Shown in pieces: positions 9,329 through 19,226 of a stretch of DNA of 37,375 bases. This DNA is from a virus. Its lineage: Duplodnaviria; Caudoviricetes. How positions within the stretch are numbered: the first letter of the stretch is position 1; every line of letters starts with the position of its first letter. The position numbers were made by a program, and so were the translations under genes. The stretch covers positions 1-37,375 of the IMG/VR virus record IMGVR_UViG_3300012943_000687; one strand, written 5' to 3'. The notes beneath the pieces were generated by a model that was not told the DNA's origin, searched no databases, and was given only the letters and a program-made list of their open reading frames with translations.

Positions 9329-10502
9329 CTAACACCACATCTAAAGTTCCAAGGCGAGGGATTTCTAGCTCGCTGGTAATCTCTGCAAGATCAAATGTCA
9401 CACTTTCAAGTAAGGGAAATAATTCGTGAAGCTCACCCGCTAAACGCGAAAACGCAAACGTGCTCCACGGCTGTGTAACTGTCATTGTGTATTGATCATT
9501 TTGACGAAATGCAGCGCTTACTGCATCCTGTACATTGAGCAATAAGCTATCGACCTCTTCTGTTGTTGCGCTGATAACAGCGCGAATAGTGACAACCAAA
9601 TCGTAATCAGTTCCTGGCATTGCAAACACTTGCAAATCATCACCATGGCCGTGATTGCCTTCATCCATAATATGTGACTGAATATCCTCAAGCAGTTGAG
9701 TACTCGGTTCGCCAATGTCCATTAAAATATAAATATTGGCAGTGCCTGGGCCGCGTGGTGCATCGTGTTCGAAATACACATTGCGCGTATTAATATTTGC
9801 AAAACTGGTTACAATTTTTGTGTAAACGGAATCTGTGTGGTATTGCGTTATCGCACCGTATTGATTTCGAATTCTAAGACGATAATCATCATCTTTTTCT
9901 TCACTGGTTCCCGCACTTGTGAGCCAATTCGAATCATTAGTTACACCCGTAATCCCTGCAGGCGGATCAGGCATCACTGCATAAAATCCCGAAGGCAAAT
10001 TATATCCGGCGCCATCTTCAGCCGCTTCTGCAGCAACTGTTACGCTAGACACACCATCTGCCATAGTCGCGGCCGCGAGTGTCACCATGTGATAAATTTT
10101 TCCGTTGATCACTGGGCTTTGAACCACTACGCCAATGGGAATTATTACTTCTCCCACAGCCGACACCCGGCTAAAAATAAGATTCCCTCGTGCCTTTGCA
10201 GATTGCTTTCGCGGCAAATCAACTGCCCATCCAAACAAATCCAGGAATTGGCTTTTTGCGGTTTGCAAAAAGAAATTAGGAAGCAACTGCAGTAAAACCA
10301 AATCATTCACAATCCATAACACCGGCGCAGTCACCAATGCCAGGATCACACGCCAAAAAGGAGACTGTGCACTGTTATTGTTATAGGGTGATGCCACCGC
10401 AGTTGCTTCAGCTTCCCACTTAATACGCGCTTCAGATTCAGTTGTCGGCAACCCTGCATCGGTTACCATTTGCTTAAACGTTTTTGAAAGATCTGTTGTC
10501 AC
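9321..10502 (-). CDS. baseplate J-like protein
   Basis: E.DDDYRLRIRNQ, HDAPRGPGTAN and GNHGHGDD motifs. Confidence 0.9.
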   Translation of the reverse strand: MTTDLSKTFKQMVTDAGLPTTESEARIKWEAEATAVASPYNNNSAQSPFWRVILALVTAPVLWIVNDLVLLQLLPNFFLQTAKSQFLDLFGWAVDLPRKQSAKARGNLIFSRVSAVGEVIIPIGVVVQSPVINGKIYHMVTLAAATMADGVSSVTVAAEAAEDGAGYNLPSGFYAVMPDPPAGITGVTNDSNWLTSAGTSEEKDDDYRLRIRNQYGAITQYHTDSVYTKIVTSFANINTRNVYFEHDAPRGPGTANIYILMDIGEPSTQLLEDIQSHIMDEGNHGHGDDLQVFAMPGTDYDLVVTIRAVISATTEEVDSLLLNVQDAVSAAFRQNDQYTMTVTQPWSTFAFSRLAGELHELFPLLESVTFDLAEITSELEIPRLGTLDVVLDV

Positions 10503-10816
10503 GCTGTCACCTCAATTTCACCGTACTTAATGGTTTGTGCGGTTAAATAAAATTCCGCATTTTGTGTGCGGCTCATAACGGCGGTGCCGGGTATTATTCT
10601 GGTGTCGTTTTCTACCATTTGCTCAATTCGTATCATGTTGCGTTTTATTCTTTGCGCATTTCGCTCTGCAATTAATTCAATCAACAAGCCGCTTTCCCGA
10701 ATCATTATTTTCAAGTCCTGGGCAATGCTTGCCCGGCCTTCTACACTTTGCGGCAAGCCAAACGAATCAAGTGCAATGGCATCACTAACAATTAGCAAAT
10801 CAAAATAGTCAGCCAT
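10499..10816 (-). CDS. baseplate wedge protein (DUF2590 / gp25-like)
   Basis: SIAQDLK.MIRESGL..LIAER..VE.D.RIIPGT motif of the HP1-like gene between tape measure and J. Confidence 0.8.
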   Translation of the reverse strand: MADYFDLLIVSDAIALDSFGLPQSVEGRASIAQDLKIMIRESGLLIELIAERNAQRIKRNMIRIEQMVENDTRIIPGTAVMSRTQNAEFYLTAQTIKYGEIEVTA

Positions 10817-13026
10817 TAACCACCCGCCCAGCGCATCTCATCCGCCAATGAATAGCCATTCACTTTTTGCGTTGTGTTTACTTCAACTTTTTCAATGTGT
10901 ACTGTTTTGCTGTTGTCGCTGCTGCTAATTTGGTCGCCCAAACCGCCGTAGGGAATATATTGTGATGTGCTCAACAAATCCGGTTTTAATGCCGCACGTT
11001 CCTGTTCTATTTTTTCCATTGAAAAATCAGGCATCGATGCTGCAGGCGAAGATTGTCCAATGCTTGAAAAATCTGTCTTGGATATATTTACACCGGGAAT
11101 CATGTTGAGTTTATCGATCAGCCAATCAACACCCTTACCTATCACATCAAACGGATTCAATTTGCTGATCCAGTTTTTAAACTGTGAAAACCATTGTGGA
11201 ATCTTGTCCAGGTTATTGATTAATAATTCAACGCCATCAACGGCCATTAGCAATGGAGTAAAAATAAATTTTAAAAATGCATTGTTTTCGACAATGCCGC
11301 GAAACCACTTCCACTTTTCTACAACAACATTTGCAAAATTAACAATTGCCATTTTTACTGTGTCCCAATTACTCACTAACAGCACTAGTCCAGCGATCAA
11401 TGCAACAACGCCCATGACAATCCATGTAATAGGGTTTAGTAACAAGGCCATGGCAAAAGCTCTCGCTCCCACTGCAGCAGTTACAAACCCTGCGCGCATT
11501 GCCAGGAGTCCGTTTGCAAGTGCAGGAAAACTAATCGCAGAAGCTAATACAGCGGCACGTAATAGCCCCAGAGTTCCTGCATATAACCAGGTCGCAAAGC
11601 GCACCAGGCTTAAGCTGCGAAAATTAATCAATAACTGTCTACTGAAAGAAATCATGGCGAGCTGCAACGCAATTACAACGCCACGGCCTGCCGCTAATTG
11701 CACAGTGAAAACAAACCATGCCATGCGTAAAGCACCAAGCAACGGGCCGAAGGGAATTAATACAAAACGTAAAACTGTGAGTGCAGTTGTAACGCCAATC
11801 GTGCCAATAACAAAAGCCGCTTTAGCAATCGCAAGAATTGCAAGCGCTGCACTGAATGCAAAAAAACCAATGACCAATTTTGCAAGCAGTTTGGTTAAAT
11901 TAGGGAACATTTCAATCCATCGGTTCATTGTGGACATGCCTTCAATGGCAGAATCGTAAAACGGGTACATAGCCTGATTGATGACTGCGCCAAAGCTGAT
12001 GCGCAACGCTTTATTTGAAGCGACTAATCGATCAAGTGGATCAACCATTGCAGCAGCCATTTGCCGCGCTTTATCCATGCCGGTTACATTGCCCAACTGA
12101 TCTATTGCGCTAGCCAGGCCCTGTGTGTCATTCATGAGTAACTTAACGGTGGCTACAGCTTCATCAGAACCAAATGCTTTTTTTAGTAAATCGCTTTTTG
12201 CAACTGTATCGATTGCGCCAAATTTCTTTTGCAGTTTTTCCATAATTGCATTCACCGGCAACATTCGCCCCGCGCTGTCAGTAAATTGCAAACCAAGCTT
12301 TTCTTGCGCCATGCCAACGCCACGCAAAAATGCTTTATATTTTGTTCCGGATTCGCTGCCACTCATGGTTGCTTGCAGCTTACCCAGTACCGCCATTTGT
12401 TCAGTAATCGCAATACCGTGAGCCTGGGCATCTGCGCCAAGTGAAGTAAATGCTGCACTCATTTGCACACCGGTTGTTTTAAACATTTCTACCGCTTGTG
12501 CGGTTTGCCCGGCTAAATTTTCTACCCAAATATTTTTGCCTATAGCATCAGCATTTTTTTTGAAAATGCCGTACATGGTGCCCATATAATTGGTGATAGT
12601 CCCAGCATCTGATTTGGTGCCTTTTGCAAGTATGTTGCTCGCAGTTGTAAAGCGGGATAACTCATCACCAGTTAAACCTGAAATTGCAGACTGAATATCA
12701 TAAGCAGAGCGCACGAAATCAGCCGCGCTTTCACCGTAGATAATTGAAAATTGAAGTGCTGTCCGCTCAAGTTTTTTTAGGGCAGCATCATTGACTGACA
12801 AACTTCTAACTTCACCCAATGCCATCTGCATTTCGCGTGCATCAGCAGTGAGTGACGTCATAGCAAAACCAATTCCAAACAGCACGGCTGTAGATAAACC
12901 AATTTTTTTAAATTGCTGAGTGGTTTTGTTGGTCAACTTATCGATAGACGCAGTGAGCTTACTTGCCGGTGCTGTAACCCGGTCAATAAGATCAATGCGT
13001 AACAATAATTTTTCCAACCGGTTCAT
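10816..13026 (-). CDS. tail tape measure protein
   Basis: 736 aa; FVRSAYDIQSAI and SGSESGTKYKAFL core, hydrophobic ..LLNPITW.. region. Confidence 0.95.
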   Translation of the reverse strand: MNRLEKLLLRIDLIDRVTAPASKLTASIDKLTNKTTQQFKKIGLSTAVLFGIGFAMTSLTADAREMQMALGEVRSLSVNDAALKKLERTALQFSIIYGESAADFVRSAYDIQSAISGLTGDELSRFTTASNILAKGTKSDAGTITNYMGTMYGIFKKNADAIGKNIWVENLAGQTAQAVEMFKTTGVQMSAAFTSLGADAQAHGIAITEQMAVLGKLQATMSGSESGTKYKAFLRGVGMAQEKLGLQFTDSAGRMLPVNAIMEKLQKKFGAIDTVAKSDLLKKAFGSDEAVATVKLLMNDTQGLASAIDQLGNVTGMDKARQMAAAMVDPLDRLVASNKALRISFGAVINQAMYPFYDSAIEGMSTMNRWIEMFPNLTKLLAKLVIGFFAFSAALAILAIAKAAFVIGTIGVTTALTVLRFVLIPFGPLLGALRMAWFVFTVQLAAGRGVVIALQLAMISFSRQLLINFRSLSLVRFATWLYAGTLGLLRAAVLASAISFPALANGLLAMRAGFVTAAVGARAFAMALLLNPITWIVMGVVALIAGLVLLVSNWDTVKMAIVNFANVVVEKWKWFRGIVENNAFLKFIFTPLLMAVDGVELLINNLDKIPQWFSQFKNWISKLNPFDVIGKGVDWLIDKLNMIPGVNISKTDFSSIGQSSPAASMPDFSMEKIEQERAALKPDLLSTSQYIPYGGLGDQISSSDNSKTVHIEKVEVNTTQKVNGYSLADEMRWAGG

Positions 13027-13029
13027 TAA

Positions 13030-13232
13030 TCAATCGCCTTTAAGTGCTATAGCTATACCGTTCGCAATAGATACTTTGATGTTTTCCCAATACGTGCGCT
13101 CAACATGTAGCGCCATCGCCATTACATCCAAGTCATCAGCATCCAAACCAGGGAAATGTTTATAGGCTAATGTCTGGTAGTGGCTGTAAGCGTTCTCGCT
13201 TAAGCTGTCAGCACGGCGCTCGATTTCTTTAC
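13030..13232 (-). CDS. -1 frame extension of the tail assembly chaperone (E'/GT-like)
   Basis: Open -1 frame KEIERRADSLSENAYSHYQTLAYKHFPG...ALHVERTYWENIKVSIANGIAIALKGD* ends 3 nt before the tape measure ATG; not in the ORF track. Confidence 0.75.
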
Positions 13233-13505
13233 AACAATGCCCAGATCCGGGGTGTATTCTTCAAGAAGATCAGATGCAATTTGAATTTCAGAGCCGGGGT
13301 TGTCGGCAAGAATAGATTTCAATGCTTCCGCATTTTCATGTGCAATAGTGTTAACCAAAAAATTATGGCTAGGTGCCACTTTTTCTTTTTGCGTAACGCT
13401 ATTAATGTATTTGTTGTAATCTTCGCGGCCAATATTGAACGTCAAATCAGCGCCCAACACAGTCACATTAAATTGTTGTAAATTTTTCTTAGCTACTTGG
13501 CTCAT
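13200..13505 (-). CDS. tail assembly chaperone
   Basis: YNKYIN...KVAPSHNFL motif of the HP1-like TAC; position upstream of tape measure. Confidence 0.85.
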   Translation of the reverse strand: MSQVAKKNLQQFNVTVLGADLTFNIGREDYNKYINSVTQKEKVAPSHNFLVNTIAHENAEALKSILADNPGSEIQIASDLLEEYTPDLGIVVKKSSAVLTA

Positions 13506-13535
13506 AACATTTTCCCCGAGGGTTGGTTGATAAAA

Positions 13536-13793
13536 CTACTTGTGTACAAAATCTTTAATGCCCATCCATAGAGCTGCCAGAAATCCGGTAACTAATGCAG
13601 TTATCACTACGCGAGTGGTAACAGTGGTGACCTGTTCGTATGCTTTTCGCTGTTTACGCAAGTGTGCAAAATCAGCCTGGCATTCACGAAAGTTTTCAGC
13701 ATCGATACCCAACTTTCCCAGCAATTCGGTCATGGCAGTTTCAGCGCCTTTAGCTGCAATCTGCTCTAGATCTTTCTCTGTTAAATTATTCAA
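13536..13793 (-). CDS. small membrane protein in the lysis cassette (C-terminal TM)
   Basis: 85 aa with one C-terminal hydrophobic helix; overlaps the o-spanin stop. Confidence 0.6.
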   Translation of the reverse strand: MNNLTEKDLEQIAAKGAETAMTELLGKLGIDAENFRECQADFAHLRKQRKAYEQVTTVTTRVVITALVTGFLAALWMGIKDFVHK

Positions 13794-14098
13794 TTTGCGG
13801 CCTCTAACTTCGGGTCAGAACAACCAGCCAACACTGCATTTAATTCTTTAAAATATTGTTGGTGTTGCAAACGCTCAATCAGTAACGCGTCTACTAATTC
13901 ACAGTCGGGTTCATTGCCGGTAATGCTTTGGGTTGCAAAGTTTGGCAGCGCGGGTAACTCTTTCGCATCAATGCAAGGCACCATCACCGGTACTTTTACT
14001 TCCACCGGCACTTGCACGGGAATTTTTTCAACATGCGTACATGCCGCAATCAATAACGAAAACAAGATGGCGATAAATTTCACTGCAAAACTGTTCAT
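13790..14098 (-). CDS. o-spanin (Rz1-like lipoprotein)
   Basis: Signal peptide with lipobox LIAA-C and Pro-rich periplasmic part; follows the i-spanin. Confidence 0.8.
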   Translation of the reverse strand: MNSFAVKFIAILFSLLIAACTHVEKIPVQVPVEVKVPVMVPCIDAKELPALPNFATQSITGNEPDCELVDALLIERLQHQQYFKELNAVLAGCSDPKLEAAN

Positions 14099-14478
14099 TG
14101 CAAAACCTCGCGTAAAATTTTATTGCGAATGCCTTCTGCCGTGCAGCCAGTGACCTTTTCTAATTCAAGCCTGGCAATCTTCCCGGACAACTGTTTTATC
14201 TGCTGTGCCGCTTGTTTTTGGGCTTCAATGCGCGCTTGCGTCATTTGCTTTGATGTATTTTCAAAGTCCTGTATTTTTTGGTTTTGTGTATGCACTGCCA
14301 CAGTCAAACCTGCCAGTTCAAGTTGACGTAATGCCTGGCTCACCATGAGTGAGTTATTTTTTTCAATAAACGATTTAACCCGCTTGTGCTGTGCGAAATT
14401 ATCAACACCCAAAGGGATAACCAGCATCAACAGAAAAACCGCTACAATGGCGAAAACGTACTGTTTAATCATGTTCAT
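14095..14478 (-). CDS. i-spanin (Rz-like)
   Basis: N-terminal TM, coiled coil and a C-terminal Cys. Confidence 0.75.
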   Translation of the reverse strand: MNMIKQYVFAIVAVFLLMLVIPLGVDNFAQHKRVKSFIEKNNSLMVSQALRQLELAGLTVAVHTQNQKIQDFENTSKQMTQARIEAQKQAAQQIKQLSGKIARLELEKVTGCTAEGIRNKILREVLQ

Positions 14479-14678
14479 GCTTTTTCTCTGTTAGCTAAAA
14501 AGCTGGTGGCGTTTTGAACGGTGTTTCCCGTGATGTAAGCACCCACGGTGCCCAGGATTAATGTCTTGTATACGTCCTGATCGATGTAGCCAAAAAGCAA
14601 TAGCAATGTATTAATGCCGCAACAACCCAAACACAAAATAAATCTGGTTCCACCGTACAGGCTAAAAATATGAGGCAT
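14475..14678 (-). CDS. holin-like protein (2 TM)
   Basis: Two hydrophobic segments, ..GAYITGN.. motif and charged C-terminus. ATG 14678 with AAGGGG RBS. Confidence 0.6.
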   Translation of the reverse strand: MPHIFSLYGGTRFILCLGCCGINTLLLLFGYIDQDVYKTLILGTVGAYITGNTVQNATSFLANREKA

Positions 14679-15102
14679 AATCTTCACCCCTTTTGTAAGC
14701 ACCGTTCTTAAAAATTAAATATTCATTTCGTGGGTTGCTAGAAAGGCCTAAGTGAACCCATTCCGAACCGTTGTGGTATTCCTCAATCAACTGATCAAAT
14801 TCAATACCGGATTCACGAATAATTTTGCACACCTCTGCAATAGTTAATCCTGAAACTGTTAAATCTGCTGCATCACCACGAAGGTGTGCACTGGTGTCTG
14901 ACCCACCGACTTTCTTGTTCACTGCTAATGATCTAAATGCACTGCTGATAATGACAGCCCGGTTTCCGCAAGCTACGCGCACCTGTTCTAGTGTGTGTGC
15001 AAGCTTGGTTAAATTAACCATGTGTTTTGCTTCAGGAATATTTTGCAAACCTGTTGCGGTGATGGTTAATTCAGACAACGAAAAATGGGCTGTTATTTTC
15101 AT
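14662..15102 (-). CDS. endolysin, peptidase M15 family (Zn D-Ala-D-Ala peptidase-like)
   Basis: HFSLSEL, ISSAFRS..VN..VGG..S.H..G.AAD and WVHLG motifs. Confidence 0.9.
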   Translation of the reverse strand: MKITAHFSLSELTITATGLQNIPEAKHMVNLTKLAHTLEQVRVACGNRAVIISSAFRSLAVNKKVGGSDTSAHLRGDAADLTVSGLTIAEVCKIIRESGIEFDQLIEEYHNGSEWVHLGLSSNPRNEYLIFKNGAYKRGEDYASYF

Positions 15103-15117
15103 TTTCAGCGCTTACGA

Positions 15118-15570
15118 CTAAATCAGATTTTCAGTTTCAAAAGCGCTCAGATAAGGAACGCCGTTGATCTTCACAAAATCAGGTGACGTAACATCGTAAG
15201 GCAGCTTATATTTTAGTTTTTCACCGCCAGATGCCGCAGCATTCAGCAAATCAGAAACTCTGAATTTGCAGCCAAATGCTTCCACATTAATTTTTTCTGA
15301 ATCTGTTTCGGCATTGCTTACAATGTCGAATGTGGGTAATGCTTTAAAGCTGCCAGCTGATTTTGCTGCATCCAAAATTACTTGGAAGTTAGCCGTATCA
15401 AGTTCGATTTCACCACTGGCTTTTGTGTCGCCATCAATATGGCCGTTTGGCACACCGCGAGTCATTGCGACAGATGTACTGTCTTCAATAGTCAGTGTGA
15501 GGTTCTCAAAAACGCACATGTGTGAACCAATCATAGTTCGCACATCTTTTCCTGTTATACGCTTGCCCAT
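15118..15570 (-). CDS. tail tube protein (HP1-type, DUF2597-like)
   Basis: RGVPNG..DGD..ASGEIELD and VTSPDFV.INGVPYL motifs. Confidence 0.85.
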   Translation of the reverse strand: MGKRITGKDVRTMIGSHMCVFENLTLTIEDSTSVAMTRGVPNGHIDGDTKASGEIELDTANFQVILDAAKSAGSFKALPTFDIVSNAETDSEKINVEAFGCKFRVSDLLNAAASGGEKLKYKLPYDVTSPDFVKINGVPYLSAFETENLI

Positions 15571-15628
15571 TTCAAAATCTCCGGAAAATATTGTTAAAAA
15601 ATAATCAGAATTTAATTCTCAGATGCAA

Positions 15629-16738
15629 TTAAGATCCGCTACTTAAATCTAAAATAAGGTTGCAAGTTATTTCCTTCGGTGAGTTCCAGGGTTGAACTTT
15701 TATATAAACTTCAACTGAATCGTTGTCGATCCAAACGATAGTAATGCTGTCATCTTTCGGTGGGCGAATATCGCCAGGGAATACCAATCCACCTACGTTG
15801 GCGCTTTTACTCATTTGGCGAAGTGGCCGAGCAAAATCACTGGCATTGGATGCCATGCTCATAGGGGAATCATTGAAGGTACGATCAGCAATTTTTACAA
15901 TTGCAATCAAGCGAACAGAACGAGCTGCTTTGTCAACTACGCGCAAATTCTCTATCACCTGGTAATCGCCACCGGCTGCATCAAGAAGATTACAGTCACC
16001 CCAAAAAGTCCCGGCGTAATCGGTATAGTGTTGAATGCAGCTCAAACGATTTGCATCCAGAGTTGCTAACGTTGCATCAGTGAGTAATTTTCCGTCCATA
16101 TCAACTGGTGTTGCGCCTAGACCCAACACCGGGCCTGTTTTAACGCGCATAGGACTGTCTGCAATGCTGGCAGCGCGATTGCATAGGCGACCCGCTAAAA
16201 CGCCTAGATCGTTGCCGTGAAGCTGCGGAACAGCCGCAACACGATAACCACTAACACCGGTGGTTAATGCCGCCTGTGCGGCTGCATAGGCGGCCCAGTC
16301 TTGGGTCTCTGCATCAACGCCCTGTGTTGCCATCAAAATAATGATTCGGCGAGCAAAGGACGTGCGAACCAATTCAGCTTTGGTTTGCGCTGCAGTTAAA
16401 TCAGCTGCAGCTGTCGCGGGAACACATACGCAAACTAATTCCGGTGAAATCGTAAGTAATGCTAAATCCAGCGCGTCCTCCCAATCATCACCCGCATCAA
16501 TCGGCGCAACATACGCTTGCCAGTTTTCACCGCCATTGGCTTTGGCGGCCATCACGTTGGTTTTAATCACGCTGGCTGCAGCACCTAGCAAATCATCCAA
16601 ATCACTTTGAGTATTTATCGATAAAACCGAACCAATGTTAGTTGGGCCAATGCCAATAAAAAGTGCCTTGCGTTCAATTTCAGGACTGCTGCCCTGCCCC
16701 AAATTTAAATTATTTACCGTAACTTTACCTTGAGCCAT
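15629..16738 (-). CDS. tail sheath protein (HP1-type, DUF2586-like)
   Basis: LNLGQG..EIER.ALFIG, SIADSPMRVKTG and GGDYQVIENLRVVDKAAR motifs. Confidence 0.9.
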   Translation of the reverse strand: MAQGKVTVNNLNLGQGSSPEIERKALFIGIGPTNIGSVLSINTQSDLDDLLGAAASVIKTNVMAAKANGGENWQAYVAPIDAGDDWEDALDLALLTISPELVCVCVPATAAADLTAAQTKAELVRTSFARRIIILMATQGVDAETQDWAAYAAAQAALTTGVSGYRVAAVPQLHGNDLGVLAGRLCNRAASIADSPMRVKTGPVLGLGATPVDMDGKLLTDATLATLDANRLSCIQHYTDYAGTFWGDCNLLDAAGGDYQVIENLRVVDKAARSVRLIAIVKIADRTFNDSPMSMASNASDFARPLRQMSKSANVGGLVFPGDIRPPKDDSITIVWIDNDSVEVYIKVQPWNSPKEITCNLILDLSSGS

Positions 16739-16741
16739 GGT

Positions 16742-17389
16742 TTACACCCTTGAGTTGATTGTGTTATCGAAAATTTTGTTTACAAAACCGTTAATTTGTT
16801 CTTCTGTTACACCTAAAAAACCTCGCGCTGGAATCTTCGTTACCCATGAGGTTTTACTTTTATCACCGCGTAAAACTTTTAAAATTAATCCTGCTTTTTT
16901 GGTTGACAGGTTTTGTTTTATCCAACTCAGTGATGGTGCTCTCCATTTTTTTGTTCCATTCACTCGAATTTTGAAACCTGCAGCCCGTAAGCTTTTTGCT
17001 TGCTTGCTACTGGCTGGAACAGAATCCTTGTTGCCTTTTCCTTTTTCGCGGGTTATTTCCGCTGCGTTCATTACTTTTGCAAAACCGTCATGTTGTTGTT
17101 TGGCAACTATTCCCTGGAAACCAATCTCGACTGAATCTTGTGTGGTAAAAATGGGGGCTATTTGCCGCCCTAAATGACGAAGTAACCGGCGATTCCTGCC
17201 GCGTTTTCGCGGTGCCCAGGGTTTTCCATCAACATCATGTCCTGCGCGTATATTTCGCACCGTTTGGCGTTTAATCTCCCTGCCAAACCCACCTAAAAAC
17301 TGTCTTCGTTTGGCTGGTGGTAACTGCAAAAGCTGCAGGCGCTTTTTAACTTCCAACTGGCCTAAAATGTCAAACTTAATCGCGTTCAT
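16742..17389 (-). CDS. virion morphogenesis / tail completion protein (gpS-like)
   Basis: DGKPWAPRK and IPARGFLG motifs; start reassigned to ATG 17389. Confidence 0.85.
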   Translation of the reverse strand: MNAIKFDILGQLEVKKRLQLLQLPPAKRRQFLGGFGREIKRQTVRNIRAGHDVDGKPWAPRKRGRNRRLLRHLGRQIAPIFTTQDSVEIGFQGIVAKQQHDGFAKVMNAAEITREKGKGNKDSVPASSKQAKSLRAAGFKIRVNGTKKWRAPSLSWIKQNLSTKKAGLILKVLRGDKSKTSWVTKIPARGFLGVTEEQINGFVNKIFDNTINSRV

Positions 17390-17861
17390 AAGGAAGATCA
17401 GTTGGCCTTTCTTGTGTGTCGCCAACGCCCACTTTATTCGCATCAAAATTTTGTAGGTCTGCTATTCCGTAGCGCGTTCCGTTCATTAAAATTGGGCCGT
17501 TGTCATTCGGCATAATGCTCACGTCTTGCATAAAACGAATTGTCACTTCAACGTCTACTGTGTCGTCATCCAGTGGTGTTACATCGACCCTGGGCAGTTC
17601 CAGGTTATCCTGCTCTCGCGCACTGTCGTTTTCGTTGATCCAAATATTAATCAGCGCTAAAAATAAACTGGCATCTGATGCGAATCGCTCAACACTAAAA
17701 ACCGCGTCGTAAGTGAAGCGCCCAACCACAAAACCTTTTCCCTGTTTGTTGCAACAATATTCGTTAACGCCGTTCTCCATCCAAAAATCAAAATTTTCAA
17801 CAGCAAATAAATTTTGCGCTATTAAATAACTTGATAATGCCGTCATCTTTTGCAGTAGCAT
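17376..17861 (-). CDS. tail completion protein (gpR-like)
   Basis: Y.AVFSVERF motif; position between head completion and the S-like gene. Confidence 0.75.
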   Translation of the reverse strand: MLLQKMTALSSYLIAQNLFAVENFDFWMENGVNEYCCNKQGKGFVVGRFTYDAVFSVERFASDASLFLALINIWINENDSAREQDNLELPRVDVTPLDDDTVDVEVTIRFMQDVSIMPNDNGPILMNGTRYGIADLQNFDANKVGVGDTQERPTDLPYERD

Positions 17862-18325
17862 TACAACAACATCACGCTAATGTTTTCAGTTACACCTAAG
17901 AGCCGTCTTATCGAGCGGCTGCTTTCGGCCATAAAGTGCTGAAACGTGTCATCACTTTCTTTTGCTAAATTTTCCGCCTCTGCACGACGATTGAGCGTTG
18001 CAAACGCTAACACCATTAGCCCCATAGCCCGGTTATAAACAGCGCGCTTGTATTGCTCAATTTTTACGTTCTTTCCGCCCAATTCTTTGTCGCTTACACT
18101 TTCAAGTGTTAAAAAGCTTTGCTCTATCCACTCTGCCTTTTTAACCAAAAGCTGCTCGTTGCAATCATCCATTGCCTGGCGCGTGTGGTGCTCTACCAGC
18201 TCTTGTTTATATTCTGCCGGTACCCGGTAAAACTCCTGGAATTCGCCCAAGGAGATATCAGGGAAAAACCCGTCATTCTGCAAAGTCGTATCCAAAAATG
18301 TTTGTGGCTTTCCGGTAAAACTCAT
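17861..18325 (-). CDS. head completion/stabilization protein (gpL-like)
   Basis: NDGFFPDI.L.EFQ..YR.P and YKRAVY motifs. Confidence 0.9.
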   Translation of the reverse strand: MSFTGKPQTFLDTTLQNDGFFPDISLGEFQEFYRVPAEYKQELVEHHTRQAMDDCNEQLLVKKAEWIEQSFLTLESVSDKELGGKNVKIEQYKRAVYNRAMGLMVLAFATLNRRAEAENLAKESDDTFQHFMAESSRSIRRLLGVTENISVMLL

Positions 18326-18427
18326 AACAACTTCTCTTGCAAATTAGACACTGGACAAAACGGGTTAAAGACAATCACATTGTGATGTCCGCCCCCGTTT
18401 GTCAGTGCTCTCGGGGAGAGACGGTTA

Positions 18428-19138
18428 TTAGAGCGTTAACGCTTTACCCAATTTTTTTAGCAAAGATGAAAATTTTGTCTTTACTCCATGCCCTTCGGGA
18501 TTTGCATCAACACACTTCAAATAGAATTGTTCTGCTTTTTCTAAATCATTAGCTTCCTCAGCAAACATGGCGGCTAGTTTGTATATAAAACCTAAGACGA
18601 TAGAATCTGTGACAATCCATTGTTTATTTTCAATGCGATCAATTATCTGGCTAAAATAAGGTTCTGCGCTGTGCCCGGCTTTATATTGACGCTGTGCCCA
18701 ATCATGAATGCCTGCTGCCATAAAAGTGGATAAATCGCGCTTAAATCTGTCCGGCATAGGTTGCTGTTGCGCAATGGCGTAATCAGCATAGGCAAGTGCT
18801 TCTGGCAGCTTCTCAGCATCTAACATCCAAACAGCCAAGAACACTAATGGTTCAAATTTGTGATGCGCGCCACTGCGAATATATTCATCAACAATAGGCG
18901 TCCATTTTGGAATGAGTGCTGTTTTTTTCAGCTCTATTTTTTTGCTGACGTCAACAAGATCATGCAGGGCTGACAGGTCTTGCTCCAAAGAATAATTAAT
19001 TACACTTTTATCATTATTGTTTTGTAAGGATGTCGATGGCATTTTATTTGATGGTACTTTTTCGCCGGGCGATAATACTTTTTCGCCGCTCAATACCTGT
19101 GCTAACATTTTTTTCTTGTGCTTTACTGTCATCAACAT
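18428..19138 (-). CDS. terminase small/endonuclease subunit (gpM-like)
   Basis: W.LDA....AL..A..AI...QPMP.RFKRD and C-terminal GVK motifs. Confidence 0.85.
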   Translation of the reverse strand: MLMTVKHKKKMLAQVLSGEKVLSPGEKVPSNKMPSTSLQNNNDKSVINYSLEQDLSALHDLVDVSKKIELKKTALIPKWTPIVDEYIRSGAHHKFEPLVFLAVWMLDAEKLPEALAYADYAIAQQQPMPDRFKRDLSTFMAAGIHDWAQRQYKAGHSAEPYFSQIIDRIENKQWIVTDSIVLGFIYKLAAMFAEEANDLEKAEQFYLKCVDANPEGHGVKTKFSSLLKKLGKALTL

Positions 19139-19158
19139 AATTATTCCCCCGAGTTTTT

Positions 19159-19187
19159 AAAAATCCCGCCTACCAATGGTAGACGGG
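19159..19187 (-). terminator. intrinsic terminator/stabilising hairpin after the capsid gene
   Basis: Minus strand CCCGTCTACCA-T-TGGTAGGCGGG followed by ATTTTT. Confidence 0.6.
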
Positions 19188-19226
19188 CAATATTTTGGCC
19201 TCCATTCCTACACATAAAATCGGTAA

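Noticed and set aside
10967-11959. 330-aa plus-strand ORF
   Set aside because: Antisense shadow of the tape measure gene; no RBS or domain signal. The same applies to most short opposite-strand ORFs in the track.
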